Shown here: positions 26,561 to 36,522 of the stretch, piece by piece
Position numbering within the stretch: the stretch's first letter is position 1
How the letters are laid out: each line of letters begins with the position of its first letter
Assembly (NCBI RefSeq): GCF_963506605.1
Contig: NC_083292.1
Location: 31,558,001 to 31,622,000, forward strand
DNA: 64,000 nt
Origin: Zootoca vivipara
Lineage: Eukaryota
Direction: 5' to 3'
Notes under the pieces: generated by a model
Told to the model about the DNA's origin: nothing
Databases searched by the model: none
What the model saw: the letters and a program-made list of their open reading frames with translations, nothing else
Translations under genes and position numbers: made by a program

Positions 26561-26927
26561 CTAAAATAGAGAGAAGCCACTTTGAGACACACAAGTCACC
26601 ATCTCAACAACATCCTAGTAGCCACTTACCCTCCATGAATTTGCCTGATCTTTAGTTGGCGGTCCAATTTTAGGTGCAAGCTGTTTCTGTTTTAAATTGT
26701 TTTTAATGTATTTAGTCCTACAAGCAGGGTGTTTTTTCTTACCAGAGAAGCATTCAAGAATAGGACATCCACACCAACCTATGACCACAATTCAATGTTG
26801 GATCCACACATGGCAGCAGAACAAAAGGGGAGAATTCCAATGCAGTATAATAGTTTATACTACAATACTGTACTTGAGACTGACGGTTGAGGGTATTTTT
26901 AAAAGCTCAGCTTCAACAAGTAAAAGC

Positions 26928-27062
26928 AGGCATCCCCAAACTTCGGCCCTCCAGATGTTTTGGACTACAGTTCCCATCTTCCCCGACCACTGGTCCTGTT
27001 AGCTAGGGATCATGGGAGTTGTAGGCCAAAACATCTGTAGGGCAGCATTTTGGGGATGCCTG
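26928..27062. mobile_element. ~135-bp palindromic hAT MITE (family also at 1-113, 43459-43594, 60840-60972 and many decayed copies)
   Basis: TIR CAGGCATCCCCAAA, 8-bp TSD AGTAAAAG. Confidence 0.85.
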
Positions 27063-27684
27063 AGTAAAAGGCTAGCACACAAGGAAGAAGGGTGACCTTC
27101 CCTGTGCATTAGTTTTCAAAAGGCAGGAAATCTGAAACTAGGCAAGCTTTCAAAAAAGACATCACCCATCAAATGCAGCTCATTCTACCACCTTACAACT
27201 CTTCCCATTTCATATGCTGCTTTTTTAAAGGGAGGGCCTGGAAGACCAGGGTTCAAACCCCTACTCAGCCATGAAACTTAATGGGCGGCCTGGGGTCAGT
27301 CAGTCTCTCAGCCTAACCTACCCCACAGGGTGGTTGTGAGGAAGGGAATCAGTATGGTACCTTAAGCTCTTTGGAGTAAAAGAAAAAAGAGGGATACAAA
27401 TGTGATAAACAAACAAACCACAGATAGGGGAGCCTGTGGCTCTCCAAACCCCTGCTGAACTATAACTCCCATAATCGCCAATCGCTAGCCATACTAGCTG
27501 GTGCTGAAGGGAGGTGGCGCCCAACAACATCGCAGAGGCCGCGGGCTCCCCATCCCTCCTCTAGGGCGGCTAATGCTAGACATTATTAGCCGCATTGGGA
27601 AAAACATCAAAAATAAGAGCCATGAAACGGAACAAAACAAAAGCCCGGAACAAGATGCGGGAGGGGAGAGAAAAACTCAATTAC

Positions 27685-27720
27685 CGTCCGGGGCCGGTTG
27701 ATTTTTCCAGTGGCTCCCAT
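27685..27720 (-). CDS. C11orf98: C11orf98 homolog exon 1 (MGATGKINRPRT)
   Basis: Matches human MGAPGGKINRPRT; gtaatt donor. Confidence 0.92.
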
Positions 27721-27996
27721 GCTTCGCCCACGTGACGTCTTTCTCGCCTACTTCCTTATACTGCGTAGTTTAATTTCCGGGTAGGAGACGCACAGCAAGA
27801 ACCTCCGCGATGGCTAGAAGGACCGTCCCCTCATCAAGGCCACGCCCCTGATTCGTTGAAACGGCCAATCAAGGGTAGGAGTTGTCGATCGGCTCCTCAC
27901 TATTCCCTCCCCGTACTGATATATTTTTTAAAAAATGACCACGAGGTGGCGCCTAAGAGCTCCGGCCTGAAATATAAATTGAGGAGGCGGAGGAGT
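27721..27996. promoter_or_regulatory. Bidirectional CpG promoter (C11orf98 on -, putative snoRNA host on +)
   Basis: Overlapping E-box/CRE CACGTGACGTC (~27729), ETS-like TTCCGG, CCAAT (~27865), TATAAA 27973-27978. Confidence 0.65.
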
Positions 27997-28019
27997 CCTC
28001 TTTCTTTTCTGCAAGGGAG
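27997..28019 (+). ncRNA. Putative 5'TOP-type non-coding first exon of a snoRNA host transcript
   Basis: TATA followed by C-initiated pyrimidine tract CCTCTTTCTTTTC and strong donor GAG|gtgagt. Confidence 0.55.
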
Positions 28020-29367
28020 GTGAGTAGCAAGGAGGGTGGGATACTGCGTGGGTTTCGTTGGCCTCCAGAGTCTGGTGATCAAATGGGAACCGCAGGGGCC
28101 TTTCGGTCGGTTTTGTGCAGGTGGCCTGATCCTGTTTGCCTTGTGGGCTGGGGGAACCTATATAGGGCTGTTATAAGAGTTAAAAGGGGTCCTGGAGAAG
28201 GACCCCTTTTAACTCTTATAACAGGGCAGATGCAGGGGAGCCACGTGGCGATTGTGGAGGCCTGTGCGCCTTAACGCGCCTCCATGTTTTCCATCCTCGC
28301 TTCCCCCGCGCTGCCTCTCGTGTCTCCTGCTTGCTCCTCGGCTCGTCCTGCGCGCCATAGCAGGGATCATAAGCCCCGCCGGAATTCAGCCATCGAGCCG
28401 CCTTGTCTCCTCCTCCTGGGTAAACAAGCACCGGGAAAAGTTATTTAATGAGCAGTTCGGGGCTCCGCCGGTGGATCTCTTTAATAATAATAATAATATA
28501 TTATTTGTACCCCGCCCATTCGGCTGGGTTTCCCCAGTCACTCTGGGCGGCTTCAAACAAAGATTAAAATACATTAAAATGTCACACATTAAAAACTTAC
28601 CTAAACAGGGCTGCCTTCGGATGTTTTCTAAATGTCGGGTAGTTTTTTCTCTTTGGTATCTGATGGGAGGGCATTCCACAGGGTGGGCGGTTCCACTCTG
28701 TGAGCCGTCTTGGGGTGAGCGCGAATGCGATTAACTTGCCGAGCGCGCCGTTCTTCAAGGACAGTGTTTATCATACCCCATGACCCCTAAACGCAAGCTA
28801 GCTGCCTGCAGGTCACCTGGAGGGCAGCGTAAGAAGCAGCGATCTGTTCCAACGCTGTAGAAGAAAGTGCCCCTGTTGGATTTATTGAGGACTGCCATGT
28901 CCGTCTCCAAAGCGGCCCGCGTATACGGCCGCAATGAACCCAGCACCTCTGCCATTAAGGTTTGAGAGAGAAATCCGTCAAGCTGTGGCCTCTGGTGCGG
29001 AAGAGGCATTGTAATTGTGGCTGGAACTTCAACTCCCATCAGCACCAGCAAGCACGACTAGGGATTATGGGAGTTGTAGTTCAGCAAGATCTGGAAAGCC
29101 ACCTTTTTCTACTTTTTGTTAGGACTGCATCTCCCACCAGGCCCCCGGCCAATATAGTCATAGATGGCAGGAGTTGGGAAGCGGCATTGGTACTTTTGAA
29201 CTCTTCCTATGGCTTATAAAGAGGAGGTTTTGCTTATTGCTGTGTGTGCTTAAACTGTAGCTGCTACAAAGGTGGTGGGGGTTCACCTCAGTCCAGCTCC
29301 TCCTTTTCTTGGCAGGTCCGGGTCTCCCAGTGCCCGGCTCTGTAATGTCTGGAGGTACAGGAATGCC

Positions 29368-29491
29368 CACCCAGTGTTCTGTCTTCGGTGCCAGCGGTTT
29401 TGCCATCTGCTGGTTCTATCCTCAAGCACTGGGACAAAAGGCTTGTTGGGTCAAGTACAAGCTCTATAACTGTCAAGGCTCTAGCACAGCC
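29368..29491 (+). ncRNA. SNORA57: Box H/ACA snoRNA, SNORA57-like
   Basis: Hairpin 1 (cccagtgtt/aagcactggg, ccagcgg/ctgctgg), H box ACAAAA 29434-29439, hairpin 2, ACA 29486-29488; pocket TGTCTTCG + CCTC complementary to 18S GAGG-UU-CGAAGACG; name assigned from synteny only. Confidence 0.65.
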
Positions 29492-31351
29492 ATCTCCAAC
29501 ATGATGCCCACTCAGATGAGGGATGACTACAACCCCTTCTCAGCCCTGGCCTTTGGCCATCCTGGTTAGAGCCAGTGGAAATTGGGGGGGGGGCTAGCAG
29601 GGGTCTGGTCCACTGTCCCTCAGACCTTGTGGTGGGCTGGACTATATTTTGAAAAAAAATAATGAACGAATTCCTACGCCCCACAAATAACCCAGAGATG
29701 CTTTTTAAATAAAAGCACACATTCTACTCATGTAAAAACACCAGGCAGCCAGGCAGGCCCCACAAATAACTCTGAGGTGCTTTTTTTTTTTTATAAAAGG
29801 GACACATTCTACTCATGTAAAAACACGCTGATTCGCGGGCCGGATTTAGAAGGCGATGGGGCCGGATCCAGCCCCCGGGCCTTAGTTTGCCTACCCATGA
29901 GCTAGAGCCTGTAGAGAGGGGCTGTTTTGTGGGAGTGGGGAGAGAAACCCTTAAGCATAATTTCTCCTTTTTCTTCACAGGGCTTTTTAAGACTTCTGCA
30001 GAGATACGGAACTGGAGGCGCAAGACTATTCAAGCTGCTAAAGGCTACTGTAGAAGAGGGCAATGGTGCCCAAGGGTCTTAAAGGCTGGGTCCCAGAATC
30101 TGGAGAGGAGGTTCAGCAGGCCAGGTGCTAGCACGCAGCCCAACTGGGCACTGGCTATAAGCCACAGGAATTAGAAGAGTCCCTAATTCCCTAAGTGGCT
30201 TGACCTGCTGTGCCATTTCTCAAGAGCCTGGAAAGGGCAGAGAAGCCCTATGTGCTCATGGTGCCAAAAATACGAGAGGGAAGAGTGGCGTGGCGAAGCT
30301 GCTGCCACAGAAAGGCACAGGTTCAGCCTGTTGCGGGGGTGTCCAGTTGCAGGGAGGTTGATATTGGCAGTAGGGGCGGCAGCTAGTCTGCTGAGGGCCC
30401 CTGGGAATCGGGGTTCAAATGATGCTGGATATAAATAACAATTGTGTAGCTGGTTTTACCCTGGCATAGGTTTTACAAAGCAGCCAAAATCTTAATTCAA
30501 GCATTAATGTTGAAGTCCTTGATTTTTTGTGTGCACGAAATTGGGCTTTGATGGGATGCTCCCACAAGCTAGCACTGTAGATTATAGATTACCTTGTTAG
30601 TGTGGTTCGCCTGGCACCCTCGCTGTATTCTTCAGTGGCAGGTATGGCCGCCTTAAAAGTTCACCCAGGACTTGTAATTGTACTAAATTCAACTTCTGCA
30701 TCTTTTTAGGCTTTCTCTGTTGTAAACTTTTCACTCTAAATTTTTTGCTATCTTACATTGTTGTCTTCCGTGAAATATTTGCTTGATGGGCATGTATGTG
30801 TGTTATATATGTTTATAATAAATGTGGCTAAAAACTACCCTCTGGACTCTCAATGTGGCACTATAAACGGGATGGGAAACCTTTTCCAACTCTAGGGCAA
30901 TTTCCGTTCTGCAACCTTCCAGGGGCCACAAACCATTGGTGGGGCAGGGCCACAGGCAAAAGTGGTTGGAGCAATTGGTATAAATGTTCAGTTTGTACGG
31001 TAGGTTCTTTTCTATGCACACTCCTCTTTGCTCCAGGCAACTAAGGCATTATCAGCCTTCAAGGACATGTTCTAGGTCACATGGAAAACTATTGGCTGGC
31101 GGGGGGGGGGGGTTGCCCAGTGATGGGGAGGGCAGCCACAATGATCAAGTTTTTCCCAACCTTTGGTCTCCAGCTGTTTTTTTTTTTTTGGACTACAATT
31201 CCAATCATCCCTGATCTCTGGTGTTGCTAGCTAGGAGACCCAAGGTTGAGAATCTGCTCTAGAACATGTGGACAGCCAATGGAGCTGAATGCTGTAGGTG
31301 GTGAAGAAAACTGCTGTACTCGCCTCTCGTTTGGGCCTCAAAAATCTCAGT

Positions 31352-31475
31352 GTTTGGACAGTGTTCTCGAAGCTAATAACATGAGTTTGACCAAACTACG
31401 GGAGGCAGCGGAAGACAGGAGTGCCTGGCGTGCTCTGGTCCATGGGGTCACAAAGTCGGAAACTACAAAACAACA
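31352..31475 (+). mobile_element. RTE-BovB short 3' end
   Basis: LDSVLEANNMSLTKLREAAEDRSAWRALVHGVTKS. Confidence 0.8.
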
Positions 31476-32376
31476 TCACAATATTGTGGTTTTTGGCAGA
31501 CACAGCTCTAAGTATGCTGATGGTGTTTTATCAGCAGGCTCTAGAACCAACTCGCTCATTTAGATATCTGGGTGTACTCGCTTGGTCATATGGAGGCAGT
31601 GAAAGTGGTACAGAAAACCATAGGGGCATTGATGCAAAGTTTTGTCAACAGTAAGGGAGAGGGCAGCTGATAAAACCCCTGAAGATATTTGGTAGTAAAG
31701 CGCTTACCCAAATGCTCTATGGTGTTGAAAACACTGGTTCGGATTCAAACTCCATTAAAGTTTTGGAAACAGTATATTTCACACACAACAATTAAGACAA
31801 GACAATTTGCTACTATGCCTACGTACTGAGTGTGTTCCTGCACTGTGCTATATGGAATTGGACGGTAACAAGTTTGAAAAGTCGCTTTTGTCATCCAAAA
31901 GCCGCTTGTCAATATGTTTTAGACTATTACCGTATTTTCTAGAACTGAGCTCTGCTAAGGGAGTGGCTCTTCTGGATAGAGTCCAGAAGGGATGTCCAGA
32001 TTTTTGCCTTGGTATCCACTCTTGAGAACACAGCATTTTAGAGCTAGTTACCTGACCAAACTCTTACCAGCTTCCTTTAGAAATGTCTTTGAGTTAGGCA
32101 TCACTTTATAAACACAACTGCAGTCTTTGATGGCCACTGTGTTGTCCTCTACGCAGACAGCCTTGGTATTTGTGGCCAACGTTTGGTGGAAGACATCACT
32201 CATCTGTCATATAGAGACCAAAGAGATCACTTTCTGAAACCTTTGTTGACGCAAGCAAGCAGGTACACCCTGACAGAAATAGTCTAGTTTCTTTTGAGTG
32301 AGCGATAGCTTTGCCACACACAGTGGCTCCCTATGCACTGGCTTCAAAAAAGGAAAGGAAATGGGGGAAAGGAATA

Positions 32377-32414
<38 letters not shown>

Positions 32415-32588
32415 CTACCCTGCCCATCTGACTGGGTTTCCCCAGCCACTCTGGGCACCTTTCAACAGAACATTAAAAACAGAACATTAGATAAAAAAGC
32501 TATAAATCCATCTGAAAGGCTGGATTTGAGTTTGTTGGTGTCCTCTCACATCATGGATGTTGGCTAATAAAGGGGATGTAAACTACTA

Positions 32589-33015
32589 CAGTGGAACCTC
32601 GGTTTACGAACACCTCGGTTTATGAATTTTCGGTTTATGAACGCCACAGACCCATCTGGAACGGATTAATTCACTTTCCATTACTTTCAATGGGAAAGTT
32701 CGCTTCAATTTATGAACACTTCAGTTTATGAACAGACTTCTGGAACCAATTACACCCATGCTTTGGGTTAAGTACGCTTCAGGTTGAGTACTCCGCGGAC
32801 CCGTCTGGAACAGATTAATCCACTTTTCATCACTTTCAATGGGAAAGTTTGCTTCACTTAATGAACGCTTCAGTTTAAGTACTCCGCGGACCATCTGGAA
32901 CAGATTAATCCACTTTCCATTACTTTCAATTGGAAAGTTCGCTTCAGTTTATGAACATTTCAGTTTATGAACAGACTTCCAGAACCAATTGTGTTCATAA
33001 ACAGAGGTACCACTG
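32589..33015. mobile_element. Tc1/mariner (Tigger-like) MITE with internal tandem repeats
   Basis: TA TSD, TIR CAGTGGAACCTC/GAGGTACCACTG, three copies of an ~80-bp unit. Confidence 0.8.
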
Positions 33016-33149
33016 TATATTATTTTATTGGTTTGTCATTGCTTAGGTCTAGAACAATAAACTTCTATATAAAAAACCCACCATGCCTTTCCATTGTTTT
33101 ATGGGCACTCACAAACTACATCCTTCCAACCCTGTCTCAAATATATTTG

Positions 33150-33304
33150 AAACAAAATGTAAAAAAATCCTTCCAGTAGCACCTTAGAGACCAACTAAGT
33201 TTGATACCAATAACAAACTTAGTTGGTCTCTAAGGTGCTATTGGAAGGATTTTTATTTTATTTTATTTTTACTACGGCAGACCAACACAGCTACCTACCT
33301 GTAA
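33150..33304. mobile_element. Minimal Penelope pLTR hairpin remnant
   Basis: ~43-bp inverted arms plus the same terminal gaccaacac.gctacctacctgtaac; 14-bp TSD CTCAAATATATTTG. Confidence 0.8.
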
Positions 33305-33704
33305 CTCAAATATATTTGCTATTTCTTTTAACTGTGCTTGAAGTATAATGAGTTAATTTGGAGGCGGCTATATCTCCAATTTTTAAATTAAAGAAGACAA
33401 ATATAAATGAAAAGGTGTTCTTGATAATTCGGGACACTTGTGCATTTCAAGCTGAAATCAAAGTTGAGAGGGTAAGAGCAAGTAAATCTGGTAAACTTAA
33501 AAGGATCTGGATTTAACGGTAAATTGTTCCTAAGTCTATGTGTCACCAGATAATATTGTCAGCAGTCATTAAGTGCTAGAAATTCCTTTTACAGCTTTTC
33601 AAGCTGGAAGCTCTAAAAAGAACAGGAAGCTATCAAAGGGAAAGATTTGGAACCTCTGCCGGCACGCAATGAATAAATGGTTTCACAGTGCCTGCTGGGT
33701 AAAT

Positions 33705-33946
33705 GGGTGGGTCTATGCAGATTTTGCACCAATCGCCATCGGAGTAACCAGGCAGACGGCTGAGAAATTGACAAAATCGAAATAATAATCTAGTTTTGAG
33801 GTTAAATTGTCCATGAAGAGGTTTCTGAGTTGGAAAACAGGTAGATATGTTGTCAGAGTGTATTTTGTGAAAGTGGAAACGGTGCTGATTCTGATGGGGC
33901 AGTGAGAGCTTTGCAGCGTCAAATACCCACCAACACCTCAAAAGCT
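33705..33946 (+). promoter_or_regulatory. snRNA promoter of U2 copy 1: DSE and PSE
   Basis: GGGTGG, octamer-like ATGCAGAT 33715-33722, CCAAT; PSE-like CCACCAACACCTCAAAAG from 33927. Confidence 0.75.
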
Positions 33947-33986
33947 ATCGGAAAAGGTGACCCGCGTAATNNNNNNNNNNNNNNNN

Positions 33987-34173
33987 NNNNNNNNNNNNNN
34001 NNNNNNNNNNNNNNNNNNNNNNNNNNNNNNNNNNNNNNNNNNNNNNNNNNNNNNNNNNNNNNNNNNNNNNNNNNNNNNNNNNNNNNNNNNNNNNNNNNNN
34101 NNNNNNNNNGGGGCTTGCTCCGTCCACTCCATGCATCGACCTGGTATTGCAGTACCTCCAGGAACGGTGCACC
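33987..34173 (+). ncRNA. RNU2: U2 snRNA gene copy 1 (nt ~1-123 hidden by N run; start inferred)
   Basis: Visible 34110-34173 equals U2 3' end (GCTTGCTCCGTCCACTCC..GCATCGACCTGGTATTGCAGTACCTCCAGGAACGGTGCACC); PSE at -60; 3' box GTGCAAAAACAGA 34197-34209. Confidence 0.92.
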
Positions 34174-34402
34174 TCCCTTCGGGGAGAATATTACTGGTGC
34201 AAAAACAGAAAAACTTTGTTTCTAATTTTGATTGTGCTTTGTTACATAGTTTATATTATACAAAGCTTTTGAGAAATACAACGCAGGGGCACTTTGCGCT
34301 TATTCTGAATGTTTAATTTATACAGTTGTCCAGCCAATGTTTGCAAAAATACGTATGTTTGGAGAGAAGTGATGAAAATGACACACAAAAGTGCATTATA
34401 TT

Positions 34403-34769
34403 GGTTACAGGTAGGTAGCCGTGTTAGTCTGACGTAGTCGAAACAAAATAAAAAAAATCCTTCCAGCAGCACCTTAAAGACCAACTAAGTTTTTTATTTT
34501 GGTATGAGCTTTCGTGTGCATGCACACTTCTTCAGATACACTGAAATAGAAGCCCCCAGACGCAAGACCATTTGCAGTCGTTTACAGTCGTCAACAACTA
34601 TCAGTCAATCACCCATTTCCACCACCCTTCTGAGTGATACCCCTCCCCACCCTTTCTCTATATATAAGCGTCTGGGGACTTCTATTTCAGTGTATCTGAA
34701 GAAGTGTGCATGCACACGAAAGCTCATATCTATGACAAACTTAGTTGGTCTCTAAGGTGCTACTGGAAG

Positions 34770-34771
<2 letters not shown>
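34403..34771. mobile_element. Short palindromic Penelope pLTR element with two hammerhead motifs (34502-34539 -, 34692-34729 +)
   Basis: Same pLTR sequence as 52279-53796, inverted arms of ~100 bp. Confidence 0.85.

Positions 34772-34827
<56 letters not shown>
34772..34827. repeat. (AT)n microsatellite
   Basis: Direct inspection. Confidence 0.95.
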
Positions 34828-34832
<5 letters not shown>

Positions 34833-34870
34833 TTTGCCTGCAAAAATTTGTACATTAGTCAAAACTGCCC

Positions 34871-34954
34871 TGCATCAGCCTGGGGTTGCAGTGCCTCCAG
34901 GAACATTGCCTCCAGGAACATGGCACCTCATCTCTGTGGAAGAATACCGCTGGT
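34871..34954 (+). pseudogene. Degenerate U2 3' fragment with homologous 3' flank
   Basis: tgcatcagcctggggttgcagtgcctccaggaac...ggcacctc resembles U2 nt ~146-187, with a short internal duplication of tgcctccaggaaca. Confidence 0.7.
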
Positions 34955-35674
34955 TTGGGGGGGGGGATGAAACAAGTAGCATAATGTTCTGCTTCAGAAT
35001 GTTCTAGTTCCAAATTCTAACCAGCCAGGCTCTATTTCCAAAATGTTCCAATCACCTCCCCACCCAACCGCTCAGCGTTCCATGGCCATTGACTTTACTT
35101 AGTCATCATTGGTTTCCCCCCTAAATATATATATTTGTTGTACTTTCCAAACAGTCCTGCCTGCTTATATCTCCCGGGAGGGCGTCGTTTTGACTACATA
35201 AGGCCTGGCATTTCAATGAACAGGTTAACAAATATGCAGCAGATTTCAGGAATTCCCCACCACTGCCGCTCAATAAATTAGAGATTTAAGAAGGCATCAA
35301 TTTCCATCCTTACTCCTGCTCCTCACAAGCAGCACTGATTCCTTTCTGCTGCAGTTTGCCTTCCAACAAGAGTCAAATTATTCCTCTAGCTGTCTGCTGT
35401 GGCAGAATTTTACACAATGCATTACAGTATGGTTATGTTATTTTACAATGCTCGTTTCAGTGCAAAGGCCATTCATTTCCATGCAAAGGAAATGCCATGC
35501 AAATGGGGACATAGGTTCTCATTTGCCCATATAAGGGAATGGCCGCTGCCCCACCAACCTCAATCTGTCCTCAGCCAGCCCCCTTCTGTCTGCCTTCCTA
35601 GGGAACAACGGGGGGGGGGGCTGCCTGCCAGCTTCCTCCTCCTTAGAATCAGACTTGTCTTTGCAGAACTCAGC

Positions 35675-35749
35675 GAGGAGGAGGAGGAGGAGGAGGAGGA
35701 GGAGGAGGAGGAGGAGGAGGAGGAGGAGGAGGAGGAGGAGGAGGAGGAG
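35675..35749. repeat. (GAG)~25 trinucleotide repeat
   Basis: Direct inspection. Confidence 0.95.
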
Positions 35750-36039
35750 GACAACGCGAGAATTATCTGGCCCCACCTGCCATTCTGTCTCCACCTCCTG
35801 CCTGGGCTGCCTGCTTTCCCCACTTTAGTCCCAATGCAAACCAGGCACCACGGCCTGGAACCTGCAGTTCGTTAAAGTTGCTTGGAATAAGGGAAATATT
35901 TATTCTGCAACTCTGCTTTGCTTGGCTTGACAGCTGAGTTTTTGCAGGATGCTCTCAAGGGGAACAGGAAGTTAGGAACGGGAAGCTTTGTCGGACCTGT
36001 ACAGGCAGGCAGGCAATGAGTTAACAGTTACAAGGACCA

Positions 36040-36294
36040 TGACGTAAAATGGGCGGGAGTATGCAGATTGAGCACCAATCGCCATTGGAGTAACCAGGCA
36101 GGTCGCTGAGAAATTGGCAAGATCGAAATAATAATCTAGTTTTGATGTTCACTTATCGATTGAGAGGCTCCTGAGTTGGAAAAAAGAAGTAGAAATGTTG
36201 TCAGAGTGTATTTTATGGAATTGGAAACGGTGCTGATTCCGAGGGGGTGGTGAGAGCTTTGCAGCACCCAGGTACCCACCAACAACTCAAAAGG
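36040..36294 (+). promoter_or_regulatory. snRNA promoter of U2 copy 2: DSE and PSE
   Basis: TGACGT, GC box GGGCGG 36051, ATGCAGAT 36061-36068, CCAAT 36075; PSE-like CCACCAACAACTCAAAAGG from 36276. Confidence 0.8.
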
Positions 36295-36335
36295 CATCGG
36301 GAAAGGAGACGCGCGAATTTNNNNNNNNNNNNNNN

Positions 36336-36522
36336 NNNNNNNNNNNNNNNNNNNNNNNNNNNNNNNNNNNNNNNNNNNNNNNNNNNNNNNNNNNNNNNNN
36401 NNNNNNNNNNNNNNNNNNNNNNNNNNNNNNNNNNNNNNNNNNNNNNNNNNNNNNNNNNGGGGCTTGCTTCGTCCACTCCATGCATCGACCTGGTATTGCA
36501 GTACCTCCAGGAACGGTGCACC
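36336..36522 (+). ncRNA. RNU2: U2 snRNA gene copy 2 (5' part hidden by N run; start inferred)
   Basis: Visible 36459-36522 equals U2 3' end; PSE at -60; 3' box GTACAAAAGATAGA 36546-36559. Confidence 0.92.

Noticed and set aside
28700-28766. Hairpin followed by ACA-gtg in putative host intron 1
   Set aside because: Only one hairpin visible next to a LINE tail; no H box or target found
32640-32970. Regularly repeated units resembling an array
   Set aside because: Internal tandem repeats of a TA-flanked MITE, no unique spacers; not CRISPR (vertebrate DNA)
35399-35875. 158-aa poly-Glu ORF and poly-Leu/poly-Ser antisense ORFs
   Set aside because: Products of the (GAG)n microsatellite; no recognisable homology
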